Shown here in pieces: positions 1-9,971 of a DNA stretch of 64,000 bases. The stretch lies in contig JAJZTF010000003.1 of assembly GCA_021821945.1 (NCBI GenBank), positions 67,615 to 131,614 of the forward strand, read 5' to 3'. The stretch is from Pseudomonadota bacterium (GTDB lineage: Bacteria; Pseudomonadota; Gammaproteobacteria; Burkholderiales; Gallionellaceae). Position numbers and translations under genes: made by a program. Each line of letters opens with the position of its first letter. Within the stretch, counting starts at the first letter, position 1. The notes under the pieces were generated by a model, which saw only the letters and a program-made list of their open reading frames with translations, was not told where the DNA came from and did not search any database.

Positions 1-352
1 CCATCGCGATGCTCATCGCGAGGTTGATGGTGCTGAATGTCTTGCCTTCCCCCGGCAGCGAGCTCGTCACCATGATCAGGTTCCCGTTCCTGACCCTGGC
101 GCTGTTCTGCCCGAATGCATGGTCCAGCAGGGGGCGCTTGATCATCCTGAATTCCTCGGCCATGTTCGAATGCTCGGCCTCGGGGGTGATGAAGTTCTGG
201 CTCTTCAGCCTTGAGAGGTTGAGCTCGTGCCTCGGGGCATCGGTCTCGGGCTGAACCTGAACCGGCGCCTCCGGGATGCTGTCCGGAGGAGGTGCTGGCC
301 TCATGGGTGGCTGCTGGTTGAGTTTGCCTGCGGCTTTTTCGATTATGCTCAT
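1..352 (-). CDS. Exopolysaccharide/PEP-CTERM-locus tyrosine autokinase (BY-kinase), N-terminal part; the gene runs off the window start
   Basis: Not in the ORF track because it is truncated. My minus-strand translation from the ATG at 352 reads MSIIEKAAGKLNQQPP...EEFRMIKRPLL...LIMVTSSLPGEGKTFSTINLAMSIAM, with a BY-kinase P-loop (GEGKT). It starts 8 nt after the stop of the chain-length determinant gene. Confidence 0.7.
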   Translation of the reverse strand, partial: MSIIEKAAGKLNQQPPMRPAPPPDSIPEAPVQVQPETDAPRHELNLSRLKSQNFITPEAEHSNMAEEFRMIKRPLLDHAFGQNSARVRNGNLIMVTSSLPGEGKTFSTINLAMSIAM

Positions 353-360
353 GGTCTGCC

Positions 361-1926
361 TCATGCGCCCTTGTTCGTGATGAATTGAAAGGCCATCAGG
401 GCGCCGTAGACGGCCAGGAGTGCGACAAGAGCAGAGGCATAGGACTTCATCTCTTTCCTCGCCCTGACCTTGGCTTCATGGGTCTCTATCAGCGAGACCG
501 TTCCCAGGAGGGGCAGGTCGGTAAGCCCGTTGAGGTCCAGCCTGTTGTTGATGGTGGGCCTGATCTGGCTCAAGAGGAAGGCCAGCGCGATTCCTGTCGC
601 AAGCCCTCCAAGCAGAACGAAGGAGATCAGCATCGGGCGCTTGGGAAAGGACGGGGTGAGGGGGACCCTGGGGGGGTCTATGATCCTGAAATCCACCGAG
701 TCCGTCTTCGTGTCAACCGCGCTCGACATCTGCGCCGATTCGCGTCTTGCAAGCAGGGAGTCGTAGTTCTTCTTGTACACGTCGTAGTTTCTGGTGAGCT
801 GGCTCAGTTCCGCATCGACCTCGGGCAGCCTGTTCGCTGCCGCACGGAGCTGGGCATAGCGCGCCTGGTATTCGCCGAGCCTCGCCTTCATCGAGGCGAC
901 GTTGGCCTCGGCCTCGGCAAGCGATATGTTGATCTGCTGGTAATAGGGGCTCTGCGCCATGCCTGAGGAAGGCTTCTTGATGGATGCCTCCTTGGCCTTT
1001 TCCGCCTCGAGCTGCGCGATCAGCCGCTTGGTTGCGACCACATCGGGATGCTGGTCAGTGTATTTAAGCCGCAGGGAATCCAGTTCCTTGTTGAGCGCCT
1101 CTATCCGGGTATCGTATTTCGAGCTCGCGACTGTCTCGGATGCGTTTTCCATCAGGGTCGGATCTGCCCCGGATAGCTGCTGCTTCAGGGAATCCCGCCT
1201 GTCCTGCGCTTCCTTCAAGGCCAGCGTGGCGTCGTCGACCAGCCCCTTCGCGTCCGCAAGCTCTGCATAGTAGTCCTGCCCGGTCTCCCCGCGCATCAGG
1301 CCTATGTTGCGCTGCTTGAAGTCCTTCAGCGCGTTGTCCGCGTCGTTGAGCTTGGCCTCGTATTCCTTGAGCTGCTCCTCTATGAATTTCTGGGACGAGG
1401 CGATGTCCTTCCTGTTGTTGCCGAGTCCCCCCTCGACGAAGATGTTGAGCAGGGACTGGACGACCTTCTTCGCCATCGCGGGGTCCCTGTTCTCGTAGGA
1501 GATCGTGTAGTCGTCCGAACCTATGGATCTGAGCTTGATCATGTCCGAGAGGCCGTTGACGATGGACTCCATCTGCGCCGGGGTCTTGGCACCCAGGTCC
1601 ATGTCCGTCATCCTCGCGACCTTCTCGAGGTTGGGGCGGCTGATCAGCGTCCTTGCCATCACCTCGACCTGCTGGTTGGTGTTGGGCTGCACGGCAAGCC
1701 CGGCCAGCAGGGGTCTCAGCAGGGACTGGGTGTCCACATAGACGCGGGCGGTCGCTTCATAGCGGTCCGGTATGAAGTGCACCCAGGTCCAGCCAGCGAT
1801 CGAGACCACCCATGCGGCGATCAGGGCTTGCCAGCGGTAGCGCCATGCGGACACCGCATATCCAGTCAGTTGAGCCAGCAATTCATGCATTTTCGGATCC
1901 CGGAATTGTTTTGAGCATGCCCCCAT
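361..1926 (-). CDS. Polysaccharide chain-length determinant protein (Wzz-like), PEP-CTERM locus subfamily
   Basis: 521-aa ORF. It has an N-terminal TM segment (ALIAAWVVSIAGWTW), a long coiled-coil middle and a C-terminal TM segment, the typical PCP architecture. It sits between the export protein and the BY-kinase. Confidence 0.8.
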   Translation of the reverse strand: MGACSKQFRDPKMHELLAQLTGYAVSAWRYRWQALIAAWVVSIAGWTWVHFIPDRYEATARVYVDTQSLLRPLLAGLAVQPNTNQQVEVMARTLISRPNLEKVARMTDMDLGAKTPAQMESIVNGLSDMIKLRSIGSDDYTISYENRDPAMAKKVVQSLLNIFVEGGLGNNRKDIASSQKFIEEQLKEYEAKLNDADNALKDFKQRNIGLMRGETGQDYYAELADAKGLVDDATLALKEAQDRRDSLKQQLSGADPTLMENASETVASSKYDTRIEALNKELDSLRLKYTDQHPDVVATKRLIAQLEAEKAKEASIKKPSSGMAQSPYYQQINISLAEAEANVASMKARLGEYQARYAQLRAAANRLPEVDAELSQLTRNYDVYKKNYDSLLARRESAQMSSAVDTKTDSVDFRIIDPPRVPLTPSFPKRPMLISFVLLGGLATGIALAFLLSQIRPTINNRLDLNGLTDLPLLGTVSLIETHEAKVRARKEMKSYASALVALLAVYGALMAFQFITNKGA

Positions 1927-1947
1927 TCTGGAGGCATGAGGTTACAA

Positions 1948-2559
1948 TCAGAAGTAGCTTTCCGGGATGATCAGCACGTCTCCTGGCAGCATCTGCACGT
2001 TGGCCTTCACGTCGCCGTCCCTCATCAGGCTCTCGAGCCTCACGTTGAGCTGCTCGCTCTTGCCGTTCACCGTGCGCAATATGGTCGCCTTGTTGCCTGC
2101 CGCGAAGTCCGTGATGCCGCCCACCGCGATCATCACGTCCATCAGCGTCATGTTCTCCCTGTACTGCAACGCCTGGGGCTTGGCTGCCTGCCCTATCACC
2201 CTGATCTGCTGGCTGTAGGGTCCGACGAAGCCTGTCACGATCACCGTCACGACGGGATCCTGTATGTATTTGGAGAGGGATTTCTCGAGGTCCCGTGCGA
2301 GATGGGACGGGGATTTGCCCGCGGCCTGTATGTCCTCGACCAGAGGTGTGGATATCTTGCCGTCGGGGCGCACGGGTATCGTCTGGGAAAGGTCAGGGTT
2401 GTGCCATACGGCGATGTTGACGTTGTCGCCTGGCCCTATGATGTAGTTGTATTCGCCAGGTTTCACGACCTCTTTGGGTGCTGGCGGATAATTCGATGCG
2501 CATCCGGCAAGCGATGCGCCAAGCAAAACCAATGTCCACACACCCGCCATCCCGTTCAT
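1948..2559 (-). CDS. Polysaccharide export outer-membrane lipoprotein (Wza/EpsE-like)
   Basis: Within ORF 1948-2775. I place the start at the internal Met (MNGMAGVWTLVLLGASLAGC), which gives a lipobox signal peptide. The PGDVLIIPE and SLB-like motifs fit the Poly_export family. Confidence 0.8.
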   Translation of the reverse strand: MNGMAGVWTLVLLGASLAGCASNYPPAPKEVVKPGEYNYIIGPGDNVNIAVWHNPDLSQTIPVRPDGKISTPLVEDIQAAGKSPSHLARDLEKSLSKYIQDPVVTVIVTGFVGPYSQQIRVIGQAAKPQALQYRENMTLMDVMIAVGGITDFAAGNKATILRTVNGKSEQLNVRLESLMRDGDVKANVQMLPGDVLIIPESYF

Positions 2560-2664
2560 TCTTGATATCACAATGCCCCCTGTCGATTGTTGAGTATCTG
2601 TGCGGACGGCCGGACCGTTAGTCCCGTGTTTGGCGGGAAGCGTGTTTTTCGGTCTGCCCGATCC

Positions 2665-2681
2665 GGAGACCCCGGGTCTCC
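2665..2681. promoter_or_regulatory. Perfect 8-bp inverted repeat GGAGACCC-c-GGGTCTCC; candidate enhancer/UAS or operator in the divergent eps intergenic region
   Basis: Palindrome read directly from the sequence. It lies about 165 bp upstream of the sigma-54-like promoter at 2841. Confidence 0.3.
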
Positions 2682-2840
2682 CATGATGCGCAGCCGCATT
2701 GTAGTGTGGGTTTTGATGACGGTCAACGAAAGCAGTCACGGTGTTCTTGGAATCAAACGGTCGGGCGCGATGCACCCGCTTTCGTATAGAATCCCATCCG
2801 TTGCATGGGTCGGCGGTGGCATCAGGACCCTTTCCCCATC

Positions 2841-2856
2841 CGGCATGGGCATTGCT
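2841..2856 (+). promoter_or_regulatory. Candidate sigma-54 (RpoN) -24/-12 promoter for the sugar transferase-prsK-prsR operon
   Basis: cGGCATG-GGCA-TTGCT matches TGGCACG-N4-TTGCW with the correct GG-N10-GC spacing. It lies 68 nt upstream of the ATG at 2924. The operon encodes a sigma-54 activator carrying GAFTGA. Confidence 0.55.
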
Positions 2857-2923
2857 TTATAATCCCGTGGCAGGATCAAAAATAAAAAGCGCAGTTTGAG
2901 CGGAAGCGAGGATGGTGCACTAA

Positions 2924-4318
2924 ATGATCATACGGTTTTTTCGGCAGTACATACCCGGCAGCGTCCTGTTGCTTCTGATGCTCGAGGCCCTGGTATTCGG
3001 GGGGGCGGTCTATCTTGCGGCATATCTCGTGACCGGCGATGCGGCAGGGTTTTCCTTCTTCCTGAATTTCCTTCCGAAGTCCCTGCTCTTTGCTGCGGCG
3101 ATGACCACCAGCCTCATGCTCTTCCGCCTCTATGACTACTGGCAGTGGAGCGGAGGGATCCAGTACCTTCTGCCGAGGCTTGGTGCGGCGCTGACGCTGG
3201 GCTTCGTCGCGATGACGCTCATCTTCTATCTCTTCCCGGATACCTTCATGGGAAGGGGCGTGTTCGCGATCGCATATCTTGCATCCGCCTTTCTCGTCAC
3301 CCTGCTTCGCCTGATCGTGTTCAGGTGGGCGAACTTCGAGGGGCTCAAGCGGCGCGTGCTCGTTCTTGGAACGGGAAGCCGCGCTGCAAGGATAGGCGCG
3401 ATGTTCAGAAGCGGCACGGTATCGCACAGGCTCAAGGTCGTGGGCTACCTTCCGCTGAACGGAACCCATCACTTCGTCGAGCGCTCGTCCATGCTGAACG
3501 ACAAGGGCCGCCTGCTCGACATCGCAAGGCGGCACAATGTCAGGGAGATCGTGATCGCGATCAGGGACCGCAGGGGAGGGCTACCCCTGGCAGAACTCCT
3601 GGAATGCAGGATGATGGGGATCAGGATCACCGAGCTTTCCGCCTTCTTCGAGCGCGAGACAGGGCAGCTTCCCGTCGAGTCCCTCAATGCGGGGTGGATC
3701 ATCCATGCGGACGGATTCGAGAACGGGATCGCGAGGGACATCAGCAAGCGCATCTTCGATCTCTGCGCCAGCGGCCTGCTCCTCGTCGTGTCGCTTCCGG
3801 TGATGCTCGTCGCGGCGCTTTTGATCTATCTCGAGAGCGGCGCTCCCGTCCTCTACCGCCAGGAGAGGACCGGGCAGGACGACTGTCCCTTCACCATCTA
3901 CAAGTTTCGCAGCATGAGGAAGGATGCCGAGAAGGGCGGGAAGCCCCAGTGGGCGGCGGCCAACGACGACAGGATAACGCGGGTGGGGCGCGTGCTGCGC
4001 AAGCTGCGCATAGACGAGCTTCCGCAGATATTCAACGTGTTCAAGGGGGACATGAGCTTCGTGGGTCCCAGGCCCGAGCGCCCCTTCTTCGTCGAAAAGC
4101 TCGCAAAGGAAATACCGTATTACAAATACAGGCACAGCGTGAAGCCGGGCATCACCGGCTGGGCGCAGGTGCGCTATGCCTACGGCGCATCGGTCGAGGA
4201 TTCGATGGAGAAGCTCCAGTACGATCTTTACTATGTCAAGAATCACGGTCTGTTCCTCGATCTTCTGATACTGTTTGCCACGGTCCAGGTCGTGCTCTTC
4301 GGCAAGGGGGCGAGATAG
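2924..4318 (+). CDS. Priming sugar transferase (undecaprenyl-phosphate hexose-1-phosphate transferase), PEP-CTERM-associated EpsB-like
   Basis: 464-aa ORF with N-terminal TM helices and a C-terminal bacterial sugar transferase domain (KFRSM, DELPQ, GDMSFVGPRPERP). Confidence 0.85.
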   Translation: MIIRFFRQYIPGSVLLLLMLEALVFGGAVYLAAYLVTGDAAGFSFFLNFLPKSLLFAAAMTTSLMLFRLYDYWQWSGGIQYLLPRLGAALTLGFVAMTLIFYLFPDTFMGRGVFAIAYLASAFLVTLLRLIVFRWANFEGLKRRVLVLGTGSRAARIGAMFRSGTVSHRLKVVGYLPLNGTHHFVERSSMLNDKGRLLDIARRHNVREIVIAIRDRRGGLPLAELLECRMMGIRITELSAFFERETGQLPVESLNAGWIIHADGFENGIARDISKRIFDLCASGLLLVVSLPVMLVAALLIYLESGAPVLYRQERTGQDDCPFTIYKFRSMRKDAEKGGKPQWAAANDDRITRVGRVLRKLRIDELPQIFNVFKGDMSFVGPRPERPFFVEKLAKEIPYYKYRHSVKPGITGWAQVRYAYGASVEDSMEKLQYDLYYVKNHGLFLDLLILFATVQVVLFGKGAR

Positions 4319-4324
4319 TCCGCG

Positions 4325-6334
4325 ATGGACATGTCCTTGACCGCAGCAAGCTACCTCGCAGCCGCACTGGCCTATGCCTTTCTCGGAGTCTCGCTGCTCG
4401 CAAGCTGGCGCGGGCAGTACCGCGGGGCGCTGCTGGTTCTGGCATGCCTGGTCACGGCGGCATGGGGAGCGCTGAACGCCCATGGCGGCCTCGTCCTGCT
4501 GAACGGGGCGATGGAGGTCACGAGGAGCGCGCTCTGGCTGCTCTTCGTCTGGGAGGTGCTCGCCGCCTCAAAGGGGTTCGTCGCCTCTTTTGCCTTCAGA
4601 TCGGTACTCGTCGCTTTTTCCCTGCTGCTTCTGGCGCTTTCGCTTTACGTCGAGGACAGGCATTCAGGGCTCGGGTTATTCGTGATCATGGGGCATGTGA
4701 TCCTCGCCATTCTCGGCATGGCCATGGTCGAGCAGCTTTTCAGGAACACCCATCCCGATTCGAGATGGGGCATCAAGTTCGTCTGTCTTGCGATAGGCGC
4801 GATGTTCGCATACGACTTCTTCCTCTATTCGGATGCGATGCTGTTTCACCGCATAGACCCGGACATCTGGATGGCCAGGGGGATCGTGAACGCGATCGTC
4901 GCGCCGCTCGTCATGGTGTCGGCAGCGCGAAATCCCCAATGGTCGCTGCGCGTGCACATGTCCCGCCATGTCGTCTTCCATTCCGCTGCCCTGCTCGGGG
5001 CGGGCGTCTACCTTCTTTTGATGGCGGCTGCGGGCTATTACATACGCATCTTCGGCGGAACCTGGGGCTCCGTCCTGCAGATCGCATTCTTCTTCGGCGC
5101 GAGCATCCTGCTTCTCGCGGTGCTGTTTTCCGGAAGCATGAGGGCAAGGCTGAGGGTGCTCCTGAGCAAGCATTTCTTCACGTCCAGGTATGACTACCGC
5201 GAGGAATGGCTGAAATTCACCCGCACGCTCCTGACTTCCGAGAAGAGCGGGCAGATATACGAGGCGGCGATCAGGGCGCTCGCCGCCCTCGTCGAGAGCC
5301 CTGCCGGCGCGCTGTGGCTTTCAAAGGAAGAAGGCGGCTCCTATGCGTGCGTTGCCAGATGGAACATGCCGATGCCGCAGGGCACGGTGCCTGCCGATGA
5401 CCCCGTCGCGCAGTTCATGAGGAATACGCAGTGGGTGATCAATCTCGATGAGCATGGGCCGGATCGCGAGCGCCACCGGGATCTCGAGATTTCCAGATGG
5501 CTTTCGGAGATGAAGGATGCGTGGATCGTGGTGCCCTTGATGGCGCAGGAACGCATGCTGGGCTTCATAGTGCTCAATCAGCCGCGCAGCGAAATCCAGT
5601 TCAACTGGGAGGTCAGCGACCTGCTGAAGACGGCAGCCCACCAGCTCGCCAATCACCTCGCGCAGAAGCTCGCGACGGACGCCCTTCTGGTGGCGAGGCA
5701 GTTCGACTCCTTCAACAGGATGTCCGCGTTCGTCGTTCACGATCTCAAGAATCTCGTGGCGCAACTGTCGCTGATGCTTTCCAACGCGGAGAAGCACAGG
5801 GACAATCCGGAATTCCAGGAGGACATGCTGAACACGGTGCAGAATTCCGTGGACAGGATGAATCGCCTGCTTTCCCAGCTGCGAAGCGCGAAGCCATCCT
5901 CGGTGAGCGAGGTCGATCTTCGCGGCATGCTGGAATCCGTCATCGCGCAGAAGTCGGCCCTTAAGCCCCGCCCGGTCCTGGTTGCGCCGGACAGGAAGAT
6001 CATGGTCAGGGCGGACGCGGAGAAGCTGACGAGGGTCATGGGGCACATCGTGCAGAACGCCTGCGAGGCGACCCGTTATGACGGAAGGGTGGAAATCAGG
6101 CTTTCGGAAAGCGAGGGATATGCGGCGATGGAGGTCGAGGATGACGGGCGCGGCATGGATGAGGATTTCGTGCGGGAGCGCCTTTTCAAGCCCTTCGATT
6201 CGACCAAGAGTTCGGGCATGGGGATAGGCGCATACGAATGCCAGGAATACATCCGCGAGCTCGGAGGAACCATAGAAGTGAAAAGTGCCCCGGAACAGGG
6301 TACACTGTTCAGGATTTTGATTCCTCGGACATGA
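4325..6334 (+). CDS. prsK: PEP-CTERM system sensor histidine kinase PrsK
   Basis: 669-aa ORF. It has a polytopic N-terminal membrane domain, a GAF-like region, an H-box (FVVHDLKNLV) and a HATPase_c domain (DDGRGMD, GMGIGAYE). It sits immediately upstream of prsR. Confidence 0.8.
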   Translation: MDMSLTAASYLAAALAYAFLGVSLLASWRGQYRGALLVLACLVTAAWGALNAHGGLVLLNGAMEVTRSALWLLFVWEVLAASKGFVASFAFRSVLVAFSLLLLALSLYVEDRHSGLGLFVIMGHVILAILGMAMVEQLFRNTHPDSRWGIKFVCLAIGAMFAYDFFLYSDAMLFHRIDPDIWMARGIVNAIVAPLVMVSAARNPQWSLRVHMSRHVVFHSAALLGAGVYLLLMAAAGYYIRIFGGTWGSVLQIAFFFGASILLLAVLFSGSMRARLRVLLSKHFFTSRYDYREEWLKFTRTLLTSEKSGQIYEAAIRALAALVESPAGALWLSKEEGGSYACVARWNMPMPQGTVPADDPVAQFMRNTQWVINLDEHGPDRERHRDLEISRWLSEMKDAWIVVPLMAQERMLGFIVLNQPRSEIQFNWEVSDLLKTAAHQLANHLAQKLATDALLVARQFDSFNRMSAFVVHDLKNLVAQLSLMLSNAEKHRDNPEFQEDMLNTVQNSVDRMNRLLSQLRSAKPSSVSEVDLRGMLESVIAQKSALKPRPVLVAPDRKIMVRADAEKLTRVMGHIVQNACEATRYDGRVEIRLSESEGYAAMEVEDDGRGMDEDFVRERLFKPFDSTKSSGMGIGAYECQEYIRELGGTIEVKSAPEQGTLFRILIPRT

Positions 6335-6358
6335 CCCATTCGGCTGCGCGGAGAGATC

Positions 6359-7711
6359 GTGAATTCAACAAAAGAAACCTTGCTCCTTGTGGAGGATGAT
6401 CCCGGGCTGCAGAAGCAGGTGCGCTGGAGCCTCGACGGATACGATGTTCAGATCGCGGGCGACAGGGAGAGCGCGCTTGCTCAGATCAGGCGCTTCGAGC
6501 CCTCGGTGGTGATCCTCGATCTCGGCCTGCCTCCTGACGAGAACGGAGCGAGCGAAGGGCTCGCGACTCTGGAACAGATCTTGATGCTCTCGCCAACCAC
6601 CAAGGTGATCGTCGTGACAGGAAACCAGGACATGGGCAATGCGGTGAGGGCTATAGGCACGGGCGCATATGACTTCTACCAGAAGCCCTTCGAGTCCGAG
6701 ATGCTCTCGCTGATAGTCGGGCGTGCACTCAGATTGCACAAGCTGGAACAGGAAAATTTCAGGCTGCGTATGAGGCAGAGCGATGCAGCGACTCAGGGCA
6801 TCATCACGAGCGACCCTCAGATGCAGAAGATGTGCCGCACTGTCGAAAGGGTCGCCCCGTCTGATGCGACGGTGCTCGTCACGGGCGAGAGCGGGACGGG
6901 AAAGGAGCTGTTCGCAAAGGCCCTTCACCAGCTGAGCAACAGGGCTGATAGCCGCTTCGTCGCGATCAACTGCGCTGCCATACCGGAGAATCTCCTCGAG
7001 AGCGAGCTTTTCGGATACGAAAAGGGCGCCTTCACCGGAGCCGCAAAGCAGACCATAGGCCGCATCGAATATGCAAACGGGGGGACGCTTTTCCTCGACG
7101 AAATCGGGGATCTACCGTTTTCCCTTCAGGCGAAGCTGCTGCGCTTCCTGCAGGAGAGGGTGGTGGAGCGCCTGGGAGGGAGGGGGGAGATCCCTGTGGA
7201 TACGCGCGTGGTCTGCGCGACCCATCAGAATCTGCCGGAGCTGATCAGGCAGGGTAGATTCCGAGAGGATCTGTATTACCGTTTGAGCGAGATCACGCTC
7301 AGCATCCCCCCCTTGAGGCAGCGGGACGGGGATGCGGCCCTGCTCGCGCACGCATTCCTCGAGAAGTTCAACAGCCAGCAGGGAAGGTCCATACGCGGCT
7401 TCAAGCCCGACGCGATAGAGGCGATAGAGAACCACCCCTGGCCCGGCAACGTGCGCGAGATGCAGAATGTCATCAAGCGCGCGGTGATCATGGCGGAAGG
7501 TTCGCAGATCACGCTGGACGACCTCGCCCTGAAAACGGACCAGGAGGAAGCCGAGCCGATCAATCTGCGCAAGGTCAGGGAGGATGCCGAGCGCAAGGCC
7601 GTGCTGAGAGCCATGGCGAGATCCAATGGAAATGTCGCGATGGCGGCGGACCTCCTTGGGATTTCGAGGCCGACACTTTATGATTTGATGAGCCGCCTGG
7701 ACATGAAGTGA
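6359..7711 (+). CDS. prsR: PEP-CTERM-box sigma-54-dependent response regulator PrsR
   Basis: 450-aa ORF. It has a REC domain (LLLVEDD, DLGLPPD), an AAA+ domain with Walker A (GESGTGKE) and GAFTGA, and a C-terminal Fis-type HTH. Confidence 0.85.
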   Translation: MNSTKETLLLVEDDPGLQKQVRWSLDGYDVQIAGDRESALAQIRRFEPSVVILDLGLPPDENGASEGLATLEQILMLSPTTKVIVVTGNQDMGNAVRAIGTGAYDFYQKPFESEMLSLIVGRALRLHKLEQENFRLRMRQSDAATQGIITSDPQMQKMCRTVERVAPSDATVLVTGESGTGKELFAKALHQLSNRADSRFVAINCAAIPENLLESELFGYEKGAFTGAAKQTIGRIEYANGGTLFLDEIGDLPFSLQAKLLRFLQERVVERLGGRGEIPVDTRVVCATHQNLPELIRQGRFREDLYYRLSEITLSIPPLRQRDGDAALLAHAFLEKFNSQQGRSIRGFKPDAIEAIENHPWPGNVREMQNVIKRAVIMAEGSQITLDDLALKTDQEEAEPINLRKVREDAERKAVLRAMARSNGNVAMAADLLGISRPTLYDLMSRLDMK

Positions 7712-8790
7712 TGCGCGTCACCGCTTACGAGAGTCTTGACGAACTGCCGCCAGGTTGTGAACCTCTCTTCGAGGAAGCGGGAATTTCCAGTATTTTCCTC
7801 ACCCTTTCATGGTATCGCAATCTCACGGCCCATGCGTTGCCGGAAGACTGCAGGCTGCGCATCTATGTGGCGGATGAAGGTGGGAAAGTGCTCGGTGTCC
7901 TGCCGATGAAACATGGATCGAGGCGCAGCGGTCCTTTCAAGGGCAGGAAGCTAGAGGCGCTTGCAAACTATTATTCATCGTATTTCATGCCGCTGATCGC
8001 ATCAAGGGATTGCCTGCAGGCAATCGTAAACGAGATCGCAAAAGAGCGCTGGGACATCGTGGACCTTCATCCAATGCCCCGGGATGCGCCTGTCTTCAAG
8101 GAAGTCTCCTCCGCGATGAGAAATGCAGGGGTGTCAGTTCAACAGTATTACTGTTTTGGAAACTGGTATCTCGATGTCGCTGGCCGTTCCTATTCCGAGT
8201 ATTCGGGCTTTCTTCCATCGAAGCTCAGGAACACTTTGAAGCGAAAGGCCAAGCATTTTTCGACCCTGAAATCCAGGGTCGAGGTCATCAAGGGCAGGGA
8301 AGGATTGGAGCGGGCGATCGCCGCATACCAGAAGGTCTACCGCTCGAGCTGGAAAACGGATGAGCCATATCCTGAATTCATGCCGGGCCTGATCAGACTG
8401 TGCGCCGAGCATGGGTGGCTGAGGATGGGACTCGTCTATATGGAAGAAGAGCCGATTGCAGCCCAGCTCTGGATCGTGAAGGACGGCATAGCCTCGATCT
8501 ACAAGCTTGCCTACGACGAGAAATTTTCCAGGCTTTCCGCAGGCACGATACTCACGGCAAGCCTGATGGAGCATGTGATCGACGTCGATCGCGTGAGGGA
8601 AGTCGACTATCTTGCAGGGGACGAGGATTACAAGAAGGACTGGATGTCCCATCGTCGCGAGAGGTGGGGATTGTATGGCTGCAACATGCGCACGCCGCGC
8701 GGGATGGGCGCGGGTATGCTGAACCGCATTTCCGGATATGTAAAGCGCATCGTCTGGAATCAGGATCCGCTTCAGGGGCATCACGGATGA
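7711..8790 (+). CDS. CelD/BioF2-like GNAT (Acetyltransf_6 / FemAB-related) acyltransferase
   Basis: 360-aa ORF. The ATG at 7711 overlaps the prsR stop. Its architecture is paralogous to ORF 9968-10960. Confidence 0.6.
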   Translation: MRVTAYESLDELPPGCEPLFEEAGISSIFLTLSWYRNLTAHALPEDCRLRIYVADEGGKVLGVLPMKHGSRRSGPFKGRKLEALANYYSSYFMPLIASRDCLQAIVNEIAKERWDIVDLHPMPRDAPVFKEVSSAMRNAGVSVQQYYCFGNWYLDVAGRSYSEYSGFLPSKLRNTLKRKAKHFSTLKSRVEVIKGREGLERAIAAYQKVYRSSWKTDEPYPEFMPGLIRLCAEHGWLRMGLVYMEEEPIAAQLWIVKDGIASIYKLAYDEKFSRLSAGTILTASLMEHVIDVDRVREVDYLAGDEDYKKDWMSHRRERWGLYGCNMRTPRGMGAGMLNRISGYVKRIVWNQDPLQGHHG

Positions 8791-9971
8791 GTTTGCCCGA
8801 GAAGATTCCGAAAAATCCGGTATTGTCGTGTCAGTCTTTCGGCAGGGACGAGCGGGGTTACCCGTCCGTACTCGACGCAGGCGAATTCCTGTTCCTAAAC
8901 AGGGGAAGCCTCGCGATCGCGTTTGCGCTGAAGCATGTAGGCATCGCCGGAGGGGATGAAGTGCTGATTCCCGCATACCATTGCATGGCCATGGTTGAGC
9001 CTGTTCTGTGGAGTGGCGCCAAGCCCGTCTTCTTTCGCATATCGGAAAGCACCAGGCTCGATCTCGAGGACGCCGGACTGAGGCTGAGTTCCAGGAGCCG
9101 GGCATTGATCGCCCCGCATTATTTCGGGTTTCATCAGGATATGCCGGAGATACGCGCATTCTGTGACCGTCACCATCTCGTATTGATAGAGGACTGCGCG
9201 CATGCCTTCCTTGGCGAAACCGGGGGGCATCCTGTTGGATATTACGGGGATTATGCGATAGGCAGCGCATGGAAGTTCTTTCCTGTCGACGAGGGCGCCT
9301 GCGTCGTTTCTTCTAAAGGGAGGCTTGCAGGTGCATCGACAGAACCCATGGGGCTTTTCTCCGGGATCAAGTCCTTCGTAAACACCCTCGAATATGCGGT
9401 GGAATATCGTCGCATGGGGTGGCTCAATCCGGTTTTCCGGCTGGCCTTCCGGCTGAAGGACGGACTCTGGAAATCGGTGAAACAGAATCCGCCTGCTTCG
9501 ACTCCTCCCGACAAGAATGAGAATCGCGGAGGCCATACGGGATTCGACGGAAGCAGGGTGACTCAAAGCATCTCAAGATCTTCCCGCATGATCGTGTCCG
9601 CTGCTTCCAAGTCTAGGATGGCGAAGAGAAGGAGGGAAAACTATCTGAAACTCCAATCGCGCCTGGGCCCCCTGCCGGGATGCCGACCGCTTTTCGGTTC
9701 TCTTCCGGAAGGCGTGGTGCCGCATGTCTTCCCGCTACTTGTGGACAATCCGGAAAAGGTGTTTCCGAGGTTGAAGGAGGAGGGGGTTCCCGTGATCCGT
9801 TTCGGCGAATATCTATCCCTGGACATGGAAAAGGGTTTGTGCAGGGTCAGCGAGGATTACTCGAGGAGGGTATTCCAGTTTCCCTGCCATCAGGATCTGA
9901 AATCTGAAGAACTGGAATGGATGATGAACAGAATTGCAAACATACTCGAGAGTGCGCAAGCGCAGGGATGA
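8787..9971 (+). CDS. DegT/DnrJ/EryC1/StrS-family PLP-dependent sugar aminotransferase
   Basis: Within ORF 8400-9971. The start at 8787 (MSLPEKIP) forms an ATGA overlap with the upstream stop. Family-like motifs include GDEVLIPAYHC and IEDCAHAF. Confidence 0.7.
   Translation: MSLPEKIPKNPVLSCQSFGRDERGYPSVLDAGEFLFLNRGSLAIAFALKHVGIAGGDEVLIPAYHCMAMVEPVLWSGAKPVFFRISESTRLDLEDAGLRLSSRSRALIAPHYFGFHQDMPEIRAFCDRHHLVLIEDCAHAFLGETGGHPVGYYGDYAIGSAWKFFPVDEGACVVSSKGRLAGASTEPMGLFSGIKSFVNTLEYAVEYRRMGWLNPVFRLAFRLKDGLWKSVKQNPPASTPPDKNENRGGHTGFDGSRVTQSISRSSRMIVSAASKSRMAKRRRENYLKLQSRLGPLPGCRPLFGSLPEGVVPHVFPLLVDNPEKVFPRLKEEGVPVIRFGEYLSLDMEKGLCRVSEDYSRRVFQFPCHQDLKSEELEWMMNRIANILESAQAQG

Noticed and set aside
670-676. 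G7 homopolymer inside the chain-length determinant gene, and an A8/T8 run at about 38027-38034 inside the haem-sensor gene, considered as phase-variation tracts
   Set aside because: The runs are short (7-8 nt) and the reading frames are intact. Without population data there is no evidence of slippage.
2817-2832. TGGCAT at 2817-2822, considered as a second sigma-54 -24 element
   Set aside because: There is no GC dinucleotide at the required N10 spacing. The sequence reads TGGCATCAGGACCCT.
3145-5193. 682-aa plus-strand ORF, Arg/Gly/Ala-rich, overlapping the sugar transferase and prsK genes in another frame
   Set aside because: This is a typical shadow ORF of GC-rich DNA. Its composition is low-complexity and Arg-rich, it has no recognisable motif, and the overlapping frames contain clear family motifs.
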